Source: Bacillota bacterium
Lineage (GTDB): Bacteria; Bacillota; Clostridia; Christensenellales; UBA1242
Direction: 5' to 3'
NCBI GenBank assembly: GCA_009784555.1
Contig: WRBO01000007.1
Span: 139-64,138 of the forward strand
Length of the DNA: 64,000 bases
Every line of letters starts with the position of its first letter. Position 1 is the stretch's first letter. The translations under genes were made by a program, and so were the position numbers. Below the pieces are notes generated by a model, which did no database searches, had not been told where the DNA came from, and saw nothing but the letters and a program-made list of their open reading frames with translations. This document shows positions 1 through 8,730 of this stretch, piece by piece.

Positions 1-1614
1 CGTCGCATCGGTAATCACAACACCACCATGCGTCAACGTCAACGCATGCGATGTCCCCGTCTGCATAACATTCGGATGCATCGTCCAACCGGCCCCCGAA
101 CCTCCGCCGCCCCCGCCACCACCGGAACCGCCGCCATCACCAATATTGGCCCAAAGGGCAGGGATTTGCATGGCCCCAATCAAAATCAAAATAATAATCA
201 ACGACGCAACCGCATTAATCATATGTTTCTTGGCCTCACGCCGCTTATTCGGGTCACCCGCCTTTGCTAACTTAAACCCCAGCCATATTGCCAAAGGAAC
301 AATCAATGTCGCAACGACCAAAAAAATCCACGTAACAACCTGCATCAAATCCTCGGCAAACGTATTCGCTAACATCGGCCCAACTTGAAATAACTCTACA
401 CCATACGAAAAATTCATCGGCGCGGCCAACGACCGTCCCATCGCGTTATCCCATTGCACCATCTGAAAGAACACGTTACCTTCACCCAAAATCCCTGGGT
501 TGCCTGCGGTTCCGCGTTGTGGAACTGATGTTGACCATGGCCCCGTGGTGCCCGTCTCGTAAATCTGGGTACGCGAAACGTTGTTAACGCTACCTACCCA
601 CGTTTGCCCGCTAAAGTTATTGTTGACCTCACGCTCCCACAACCAACGGGTCCAAAAGATATGCATCCCGTTCGTCGGGTCACGACCCGCAATCGCGGCA
701 TCGGCCGCACGAACGTATCGGTTGTTTGGGAAATCATTGTCAACCGCGGTGTGCGCGCCCGTGCTGGCCCACGGGGAAGGGAACTGGTGCGCACGGGTCA
801 CCGCCCCGCGGATATTCGTGTCACGGGTAAACAGGTCGAAATTCGCTTTAACACGGTTAACAACAACGGCACCAACCGCAACCAACGGGTCTAATGCATC
901 ACCCGACCCGCGGCCATACTCACCGCGCGCCTCGGCCCATATCAAACGGGCCAACAAATGTCTGTCTTCCTCTGGCACATTTGTCAAACCACCATTGTTT
1001 CCAATTGTCGCGGGCGGGCCTACTGGGCCAACTGGCTCACCCCCTCCGGCTCCTGGCGGGGTGGTCTCTGGTACATGTTCATTTGTCACTATAATGTTCA
1101 TATTGGGAACACGCTGGCCGGGCACGCTGACGGACACCACGACAACACCTTGGGTTGCTCCCGCGGTGAACTCGCTGCCACTTATCGTCCCTGGCCCCGA
1201 TACAATCGTAAATGTGGCCTCGGTCATCAAAACACGGTTATGTGTTACCTGCAATGTTCTGCTTTGGCCGGCCTGCACGACATTGGGGTGCAGGGTCCAA
1301 CCGGCCCCCGAACCTCCGCCGCCCCCGCCACCACCTGAACCGCCACCATCACCGATATTGGCCCAAAGGGCAGGGATTTGCATGGCCCCAATCAAAATCA
1401 GAATAATAATCAACGACGCAATCGCATTAATCATATGCTTCTTGGCCTCACGCCGCTTATTCGGGTCACCTGCCTTTGCTAACTTAAACCCTAACCATAT
1501 CGCCAACGGAACAATCAACGTCGCAACAACCAAAAAAATCCAGGTAACGACCTGCATCAAATCCTCGGCAAAAGTATTTGCCAACATCGTCGCGAAATCT
1601 GGAAAGTTCCCCAT
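1..1614 (-). CDS. Modular membrane-anchored cell-wall hydrolase. Module = 2-TM pilin/Maff2-like hairpin, Gly-rich linker, Ig-like (Big_2-like) segment, SleB/CwlJ-type hydrolase. A second hairpin module follows in the same frame. The 3' end runs off the window.
   Basis: Own reverse-strand translation. ATG at 1614 is preceded by AAGGATGAGG. The frame stays open for 538 codons to position 1; the ORF is absent from the supplied track, probably because it has no in-window stop. Product: MGNFPDFATMLANTFAEDLMQVVTWIFLVVATLIVPLAIWLGFKLAKAGDPNKRREAKKHMINAIASLIIILILIGAMQIPALW (two TM helices, basic loop), then GGGSGGGGGGGSG, an Ig-like segment, then EEDRHLLARLIWAEARGEYG..AVGAVVVNRV..AHQFPSPW (SleB/CwlJ Hydrolase_2 signature). 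At codon ~414 MLANTFAEDLMQVVTW... begins again in frame. Confidence 0.8.
   Translation of the reverse strand, partial: MGNFPDFATMLANTFAEDLMQVVTWIFLVVATLIVPLAIWLGFKLAKAGDPNKRREAKKHMINAIASLIIILILIGAMQIPALWANIGDGGGSGGGGGGGGSGAGWTLHPNVVQAGQSRTLQVTHNRVLMTEATFTIVSGPGTISGSEFTAGATQGVVVVSVSVPGQRVPNMNIIVTNEHVPETTPPGAGGGEPVGPVGPPATIGNNGGLTNVPEEDRHLLARLIWAEARGEYGRGSGDALDPLVAVGAVVVNRVKANFDLFTRDTNIRGAVTRAHQFPSPWASTGAHTAVDNDFPNNRYVRAADAAIAGRDPTNGMHIFWTRWLWEREVNNNFSGQTWVGSVNNVSRTQIYETGTTGPWSTSVPQRGTAGNPGILGEGNVFFQMVQWDNAMGRSLAAPMNFSYGVELFQVGPMLANTFAEDLMQVVTWIFLVVATLIVPLAIWLGFKLAKAGDPNKRREAKKHMINAVASLIIILILIGAMQIPALWANIGDGGGSGGGGGGGGSGAGWTMHPNVMQTGTSHALTLTHGGVVITDAT
85..375. repeat. 291-bp direct repeat, copy 1 (encodes the second 2-TM hairpin plus Gly linker)
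   Basis: Aligned by eye with 1297..1587. The two copies are colinear without gaps and differ at roughly 15-20 positions. Confidence 0.9.
1297..1587. repeat. 291-bp direct repeat, copy 2 (encodes the first 2-TM hairpin plus Gly linker)
   Basis: Same as 85..375. Similarity drops sharply outside the hairpin/linker segment. Confidence 0.9.
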
Positions 1615-1687
1615 TAATTCCTCATCCTTAGTTTGTGTAGAGGCTATTTTAATTATATATATACTGGTGGTTCTGGGCAAACCATTT

Positions 1688-1935
1688 TTGTCAGTAACCC
1701 CCTTGCATAAAAATTCATCCATGCTACGATAAAGCACAGGGGAGGTCTAATGCGTCACAAAATAAAAGTTCGGGCCGAACAGGCTATGCCTGTTCGCGTT
1801 TGGCCCGAAAAGGAGCGGAGCCAAGTGTTAGATGAGCGTTTTGCCCCAATGGGGCAAAACCGAATCGGAACGCAGGCGGAGCGGAAAACCCCCCCCAAAG
1901 AAAAACACAAAAGTAAAAACCCCCCCCCAAGGCTA
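1688..1935 (+). repeat. Dispersed intergenic element, copy 1 (terminus TTGTCAGTAACCCCCTT ... twin poly-C module)
   Basis: Left terminus TTGTCAGTAACCCCCTT at 1688..1704. Internal hairpins include CGAACAGGC-TAT-GCCTGTTCG and TTTTGCCCCA-AT-GGGGCAAAA. C8 at 1889..1896 and C9 at 1920..1928 are separated by the A-rich spacer AAAGAAAAACACAAAAGTAAAAA. Both termini recur inverted at 23465..23794. Confidence 0.75.
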
Positions 1936-2044
1936 CGCCCTCGGGCCAAACGCTCGGCCTGCGTGCGCATTTGATGCCACAACGAGCCGAAAAGTATTGG
2001 ACAAGGGATTTAGGTCTATGATATAAGAGAATAAATGGGGGTAA

Positions 2045-2995
2045 ATGCACATGAAGACATCGTTGGTGTTGCCAATTTACAACGAACAAGAAATCCTGCA
2101 AGAGGTTCTGGCAAAATATAAAAGCGAGCTCGAAGAAATTGCCAAAGAAACCAATGGAACATATGAAATTATCGCGGTCAACGACGGTTGCACGGACACG
2201 TCCGTCGACATCCTAATGGCCGAGGCAAAGAAAAACCGCAGCCTCCGCATCATAAACTTCGACGACCGCTACGGGAAACAGGCCGCGGTCACCGCGGGAA
2301 TGGAAGCCGCAACGGGTGACGTGGTAATCCTCGCCGACATCGACCTTCTAAACCCCGTTGGCGTTATCACCAATCTGGTCCAGGAATACCAAAACGGCAG
2401 TAACATTGTCTACGCCTACCGCGAGGCAATCGGCCGCGAAAAAATGCGCCGTCGCGTGGGTGGGTTCTTTATACGGGGGGCCAGCCTCCTGTTCGACATC
2501 GACGGGGAATACACGGGCAAGGCAAACATCTCTCTGTTCTCCCGCCACGCCGCGGATGTTCTGGTCGCATTGCCAAACAAAAACAAATTCCTCCGCACAA
2601 TGGACCACTGGGTCGGATTTGAAATCAAAAAATTTGAATTTGCCAGTGAATACAGCAAAACTGAAATCACCCAAAAAGTCCGCAAAGCCCAAGCCAAAAA
2701 ACGTGCGGAAGGTTGCCCAACCATGCGCCGCGAAAAATCACGCGAACACACCCCGTCAAAAATCTACGGCGTCTGCGCGCTGATTATGACCCTGTTGTTT
2801 ATCGGCACATGGATTGCATTGGAGGTCTTTACCGACGGTCTTGGCGTAATATGGGCATTGGTATTCATCATCGCCATCGCTTGCGCATTACTCTCAACTG
2901 GCTTGTTCTTCCTCCGTGCGCTTATGGTGAAACGAATTGGCCTCATCTATTCCGAAGAAGACATGCTCTACATCATCGAAAGTGATGTGAACTAA
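2045..2995 (+). CDS. GT2 family glycosyltransferase, GtrB/CsbB-like polyprenol-phosphate glycosyltransferase
   Basis: LPIYNEQE, IIAVNDGCTDTS and LADIDL motifs (GT-A fold) plus two C-terminal TM helices. The ATG at 2051 has better spacing to the GGGGG SD. Confidence 0.85.
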   Translation: MHMKTSLVLPIYNEQEILQEVLAKYKSELEEIAKETNGTYEIIAVNDGCTDTSVDILMAEAKKNRSLRIINFDDRYGKQAAVTAGMEAATGDVVILADIDLLNPVGVITNLVQEYQNGSNIVYAYREAIGREKMRRRVGGFFIRGASLLFDIDGEYTGKANISLFSRHAADVLVALPNKNKFLRTMDHWVGFEIKKFEFASEYSKTEITQKVRKAQAKKRAEGCPTMRREKSREHTPSKIYGVCALIMTLLFIGTWIALEVFTDGLGVIWALVFIIAIACALLSTGLFFLRALMVKRIGLIYSEEDMLYIIESDVN

Positions 2996-3025
2996 ATCAA
3001 ACCATATGCTACAATTAAATAATAC

Positions 3026-3050
3026 AAAAGAGGCATGATAGCCTCTTTTG
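3026..3050 (+). terminator. Rho-independent terminator after the GT2 gene
   Basis: AGAGGC-ATGATA-GCCTCT stem-loop followed by TTTT. Confidence 0.7.
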
Positions 3051-3055
3051 CGTGA

Positions 3056-4087
<1,032 letters not shown>

Positions 4088-4120
4088 TGGTTCATTTGGC
4101 ATACCTACCACATATTGTAA

Positions 4121-4150
4121 AAAAGGGGGCTAATTTGCCCTCTTTTCGTT
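4121..4150 (+). terminator. Rho-independent terminator after gap
   Basis: AGGGGGC-TAATT-GCCCTCT hairpin followed by a T-rich run. Confidence 0.65.
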
Positions 4151-4179
4151 TGACGGTCTTGCCCCTTGGGTGATAGATT
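4150..4179 (+). promoter_or_regulatory. Sigma-A-type promoter for the 1507-aa gene (probable leaderless transcript)
   Basis: TTGACG at 4150..4155, an 18-nt spacer, and the extended -10 TGaTAGATT ending at 4179. The ATG at 4186 lies 6 nt downstream with no SD. Confidence 0.5.
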
Positions 4180-4185
4180 GGTACT

Positions 4186-7100
4186 ATGGATATATGGGGA
4201 ATGTCGGGGTTTATCAGGCGCGGTCTTGCCGCCGCGGCCGAAGCCATTGGAAACTTCTTTGCCGAGGTCTTCTTTGCTTTTGCCGACCGAATTGCAATTG
4301 TGTACTTCTCGCTTTGGACATGGCTTGCACGGTTCATGAACGTGATGGAGGACCTCTTCCGAATGTTGGCTGGTGTCGACCCACTCGAGGGTGATAACAG
4401 TCACCTTACGGGCGAAACGGTTGCCGCGGGCGAAACTAATATAGTCATGATGATATTAGGCAGTCAATTCGTACAAAACGTCTTTATCGCCCTCATGTCC
4501 GTCGCTATTGTTCTGTTGATATTCTTTACAATCCTGCAATTGGTACGAAACCAATACAAATCCAAAGACGGCGGCAACCCATATATGCAGGTCTTCAAGA
4601 TGTTCAAAGGGATGATTTTGTTCATATTCATTACCGCGGCCGTATTCGTCGGTCTTTTCCTGTCTGGTGTTGTCTTCAGGATGTTAGAAGAAGCCATATC
4701 ACCGGGCGACAGGCGGCATATGACGGCTCTCATGTTCAATGCGGCGGCATCCGATGCGAACCGATTACGAATGAATCCTCTCGATTATACGTGGATTGAC
4801 CAAAACGAACGACGGTTCAACGCCATAGTCGAACCAAGTATGAATGACGACCGTGCGCACTATCGACTAACTACCGAACAAATACTAATTGCCGACTCGG
4901 AAGAGGTATATCAATCATGGGTGCATGGTGATACCGACTTTCCATCTGGATTACGACGTTTCGAGGTTGTCTTGGAATACGAAATCCTTGACTCCACACG
5001 TTTCCAAGACAGGGTTTACTGGCGTTGGGACGAGTCCACACCTCCTGTGATGGTGATATATAACACCGTTTTTGCCGATATGACAATCCCAATGCGGCCT
5101 GCCGATGACTTTGTTAACAACACATCATGGGCACCTATAATGGAAACCAACAGGCAAAGGCAACCCCTAGAGTTCTTTACACAATCAACGGCTCGTCCAA
5201 TCATTGCGGGGGTAAATGCACTCTACAGTGTCAACGAAGACCCAGACGGCTGGGAGAGTGAAATCTTGGCTCGCCCACCGTATGTGGCAATGGTAAACAG
5301 TATCGAGCAATCATATCTCCAAATAACACAACTATTGGAAGACACATTCGGTGCCGCAGGGGGCAGGGAAGCTATAAGGGCATTCTTTGAATCCAACGTT
5401 GAATTCGGGGCCGTACGGACTCCTATCGATGAAAACCGTCTTGTGCCTCCACCTGCATCTACCGTGTTACCCCCTCCTGGTTATGGCCCGGGCCGTCACG
5501 CATGGATTGACATAACCCAATGGGACCATGTCCAGGGTGAAAGATGGCATTTCACATTCTGGTTCTTGGGCTTGGATGACGACGATGGGAACATAGACCC
5601 GGTTCAAAATTTACTTGATAATTGGGAAAATAACCACGCTCCTGTAATAACACTAACATTCGGGAACCAAGCTGTCCCTGTTGGAACCGTCGGCGGGTTT
5701 GCTCGCGGACATGGCGGCGACCCACAATGGGTATCTTTTACCACACGAATTCCAACTGCCAGACCTGCTGCGGGATTATCGTCTGACCAACTGGAACTTA
5801 TGGCTGAATGGATTGATATAAACATGACTCTAATGGACCCAATATTCTTTCTAGATTTCCTTGCAGCAGAAGGAGCAGATGTTGATACAGATGATTCAGC
5901 CCTACAACAACTGGGCGTCTTCCACTATACAAATGCCGCGGCCGTTGTCCATATGTACAACGTCTTTGAAATGAGCTTCATTCTCCTATGGCTCGGGATG
6001 TTCATCATCTTTGGTGTGTTCATGAACTTTGCATTCGGTCTGATACAACGTCTTGTTGAATTGACATTGCTATACATGTTGTCTCCATTAACTGTGGCAT
6101 TCTATCCATTTGACGACGGCCAATCATTCAAGAGCGCGTTTGCACAACCATTCTACAAAAAAGTTCTGTCCATGTACGGGGTGCTTCTATCTCTTAACAT
6201 ATTCTTCATTCTCTATCCAGTTATCTCCAGTATCCAATTCTTCCCCGAACAACCTGGGTTGGGTAACTGGCGAAATGCCTTGACAGGAATATTGGTGACA
6301 TTGGCGATGCTGACGATGTTGCCGAACATACGTAATCAAATCAACTCTATGCTCGGTGCCGACTCTATCTCTGAAAAGAAAATGGGCCAGGTATGGAAAG
6401 ATGCCGTCGGCGCAACAGTAGGCCAGGGTGGCGCAATGACCGCGGGCCTAACCAACAAACTGAACAAAGCGGGTGACCAAAGCCTGCTTGCAACCGCACG
6501 TGACGCGGGCAAAGGCGTCCACAGTGCCGCGCACAAAGGCGCGAAACAGGTCACGCGTATAGGTCGCATCATGGAAAAAACTCGCGACATGAAAAACAGT
6601 CTCGGCTACGGTAAAGACATGCGCGACCAGGCATTCCAATTGCACAAAGGCAAAGAGGGCGAAAGAGCCGCCGCGCACGAAAAGCGAATGTTGGCCGAAA
6701 AGATGAAGCAATGGGGTATCAAAGACTTCAAGGACAAAGGTACCGAGGACAAGGTCAAGGCTCAAATAGCGAAAAAAGCCGCGGCCATGGCCAAGGCGGA
6801 AACGCACTCTATGACCGATGCAGACATGCGTGCGGCAAAGCAAAAAGCTGGTGTAGGCAACCGAATGATGGCAAGTACCATGAACCAAATATTCAACCCT
6901 GCGTCATTCATGAACCGCGACCCTGAAAAGAGTATCCTTCACGCTATGAGCCACGAAGGCCGCATGCAAGAGAGCGAAAAGCAAGACAAGAAATGGGAAG
7001 CCCACATCAAAGGCAAAATGGCAACCAAGGTCGAGCAAATGAAGGAACGCCACATCACGAACCAACACGCGGACGAAATGCTGGAATTCCAACGCCTCAT

Positions 7101-8709
7101 GGAAGAGGGTACTGGTAAAAACTTGACTGGAAACGAATTGATGCAATTCGTAAAAGACAACCTCTCAAAGGGCCAAGGACATTTCGCTGACATCATGGAC
7201 AGCACGGGTATAGCCGCCGTTCTTGGTGATGCGGTCGGCCAATTCGCCCAAGAAGACCACAAAGAAATCGCACAAGCATTGAAACTGGGCAGCGAGGACG
7301 CAATTAAAAAAGCCCTCCAAAAAATCAACCCAAACATCGACCTGGATTTCGCCGATATAGCTAAACGAGCTGACACCGTCATGAAAAACCGACTATCGAA
7401 CGTCGATGGCATGAATTCATTCATTCATGAAAATATCGCAAAGGGCGACAGAGAAGCGTTCAAAGGCCTGCTGAATGCTGGTAATATGGAGGAAATCGAA
7501 AAGAAATTCGGCTCCCGTATTGCTGATGGTGTCCACATGACACTTGCCCAAGGCGGTATCGAAAACACCGACGACGTGATGGCCGCAAAGCGCGCAATAT
7601 TCAACATGGAAATGTTCGACCGCGCTGACAAGCAAGAGGGTCTCATGAAACGTCAGGTTCATGTCCTCGGCCTCGACCACGGCCAGGCGGGTCGCGACAA
7701 AGTCTTGGAATACATGGAAATGCTTGGCGCAACCAAATATGACCAAGTTGCAAAAGACCTCGGCGCAGGCGCAACTGACGACCAAATAAAAGCCGAAATG
7801 CGTAACAGGACAAAAAACCTGGAAAACTGGGAATCAAAGAATATCAGTGCCCGCAAGATTTGGGAAATCGACAACTCCGAAAAATTCATGGACAACGTCG
7901 GCGGCGGTCTGATTGTTGGCGCGGCAAAGGAAATCTTGGATGCATCTATGTTCCGAATGCGTGACATCGACCCATCATTAATCCAAGCCTTCGCAAAAGA
8001 CGAAAAGGCAACCGACCTGTTGGCAAAAGGCAATGTCGAACAACTGGCCCAAATGATGCGAAAAATCGCCCAATCTGGCGGTGACGATGACCAAGGCATG
8101 ACGGCACTGGCCGCGCACGTCAAAAACGACAACAAAATGCGTGATTCCCTGATGCGATACGCCCAGGTCTACGAGGCAATCGGTGACACTGGCGACATGC
8201 TACGTGGTGCAGGTATCGACGAAGCCAAGAACAGCATGTCCAAACTTATGGTCATCGGACACCAACAAATGCTTAAATCGGTGCTAGAGGCTGCGGTTGG
8301 CGGCTATGCTGGTGACGAAGACCACGCACGTCGTGAACGTACTCGCTTGGTGGCAAAGATTACCGCGGACATCGCTCGCGCCCGCTCCGACGGGTTCGAG
8401 GATGTCGCCCGCGCCCTGGAAGAGGGGCTCGCTCACCAAGGTGACGGTGGCGGTGATGTGGCAAAGATGAAAGAAGCGATGGGAAATGCAAAGAAAAAAG
8501 TTGACGCTCACATGCTAAATGTCACCGACCAATCATTGAAAATGGTGTACAACGGGATAACTGAATCCGCGCAAAGCCTTGCAGGTATTCTGGCTACCGA
8601 GATGCAATCGTCCGAACAGATTGACGTCTACAGAAAAGCTATGAAAGCTCTTGACAAAGGAACCAACCCAATCACACTCGGAAAGCTTGAAAAGCCAGAC
8701 GCAAAATAG
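4186..8709 (+). CDS. Giant polytopic membrane protein, VirB6/TrbL/ConG/TcpH-like by architecture, with a ~750-aa charged K/E/A/M/D-rich cytoplasmic tail
   Basis: About 3 N-terminal TM helices, a ~400-aa soluble insert, and about 4 more TM helices (FILLWLGMFIIFGVFMNFAFGL, LLYMLSPLTVAFY, MYGVLLSLNIFFILYPVI, ILVTLAMLTMLP). A long low-complexity, coiled-coil-like tail follows. The gene sits immediately upstream of the VirB4-like ATPase. Confidence 0.6.
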   Translation: MDIWGMSGFIRRGLAAAAEAIGNFFAEVFFAFADRIAIVYFSLWTWLARFMNVMEDLFRMLAGVDPLEGDNSHLTGETVAAGETNIVMMILGSQFVQNVFIALMSVAIVLLIFFTILQLVRNQYKSKDGGNPYMQVFKMFKGMILFIFITAAVFVGLFLSGVVFRMLEEAISPGDRRHMTALMFNAAASDANRLRMNPLDYTWIDQNERRFNAIVEPSMNDDRAHYRLTTEQILIADSEEVYQSWVHGDTDFPSGLRRFEVVLEYEILDSTRFQDRVYWRWDESTPPVMVIYNTVFADMTIPMRPADDFVNNTSWAPIMETNRQRQPLEFFTQSTARPIIAGVNALYSVNEDPDGWESEILARPPYVAMVNSIEQSYLQITQLLEDTFGAAGGREAIRAFFESNVEFGAVRTPIDENRLVPPPASTVLPPPGYGPGRHAWIDITQWDHVQGERWHFTFWFLGLDDDDGNIDPVQNLLDNWENNHAPVITLTFGNQAVPVGTVGGFARGHGGDPQWVSFTTRIPTARPAAGLSSDQLELMAEWIDINMTLMDPIFFLDFLAAEGADVDTDDSALQQLGVFHYTNAAAVVHMYNVFEMSFILLWLGMFIIFGVFMNFAFGLIQRLVELTLLYMLSPLTVAFYPFDDGQSFKSAFAQPFYKKVLSMYGVLLSLNIFFILYPVISSIQFFPEQPGLGNWRNALTGILVTLAMLTMLPNIRNQINSMLGADSISEKKMGQVWKDAVGATVGQGGAMTAGLTNKLNKAGDQSLLATARDAGKGVHSAAHKGAKQVTRIGRIMEKTRDMKNSLGYGKDMRDQAFQLHKGKEGERAAAHEKRMLAEKMKQWGIKDFKDKGTEDKVKAQIAKKAAAMAKAETHSMTDADMRAAKQKAGVGNRMMASTMNQIFNPASFMNRDPEKSILHAMSHEGRMQESEKQDKKWEAHIKGKMATKVEQMKERHITNQHADEMLEFQRLMEEGTGKNLTGNELMQFVKDNLSKGQGHFADIMDSTGIAAVLGDAVGQFAQEDHKEIAQALKLGSEDAIKKALQKINPNIDLDFADIAKRADTVMKNRLSNVDGMNSFIHENIAKGDREAFKGLLNAGNMEEIEKKFGSRIADGVHMTLAQGGIENTDDVMAAKRAIFNMEMFDRADKQEGLMKRQVHVLGLDHGQAGRDKVLEYMEMLGATKYDQVAKDLGAGATDDQIKAEMRNRTKNLENWESKNISARKIWEIDNSEKFMDNVGGGLIVGAAKEILDASMFRMRDIDPSLIQAFAKDEKATDLLAKGNVEQLAQMMRKIAQSGGDDDQGMTALAAHVKNDNKMRDSLMRYAQVYEAIGDTGDMLRGAGIDEAKNSMSKLMVIGHQQMLKSVLEAAVGGYAGDEDHARRERTRLVAKITADIARARSDGFEDVARALEEGLAHQGDGGGDVAKMKEAMGNAKKKVDAHMLNVTDQSLKMVYNGITESAQSLAGILATEMQSSEQIDVYRKAMKALDKGTNPITLGKLEKPDAK

Positions 8710-8730
8710 TAACAAAAAGGTTAGGATGAA

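Noticed and set aside
581-1732. 383-aa plus-strand ORF (and the other plus-strand ORFs at 28..1406) with Pro/Thr/Ala-rich nonsense-like translation
   Set aside because: It is antisense to the far more convincing minus-strand ORF 1..1614, which has TM hairpins, a SleB signature, and an SD plus ATG. The plus-frame product has no motif, and its composition is typical of antisense reading.
1750-2101. ORFs of 64-105 aa on both strands in the 1615..2044 spacer
   Set aside because: They run through the homopolymer tracts of the dispersed repeat (giving poly-Pro/Gly/Lys), lack SDs, and their DNA recurs as non-coding repeats elsewhere.
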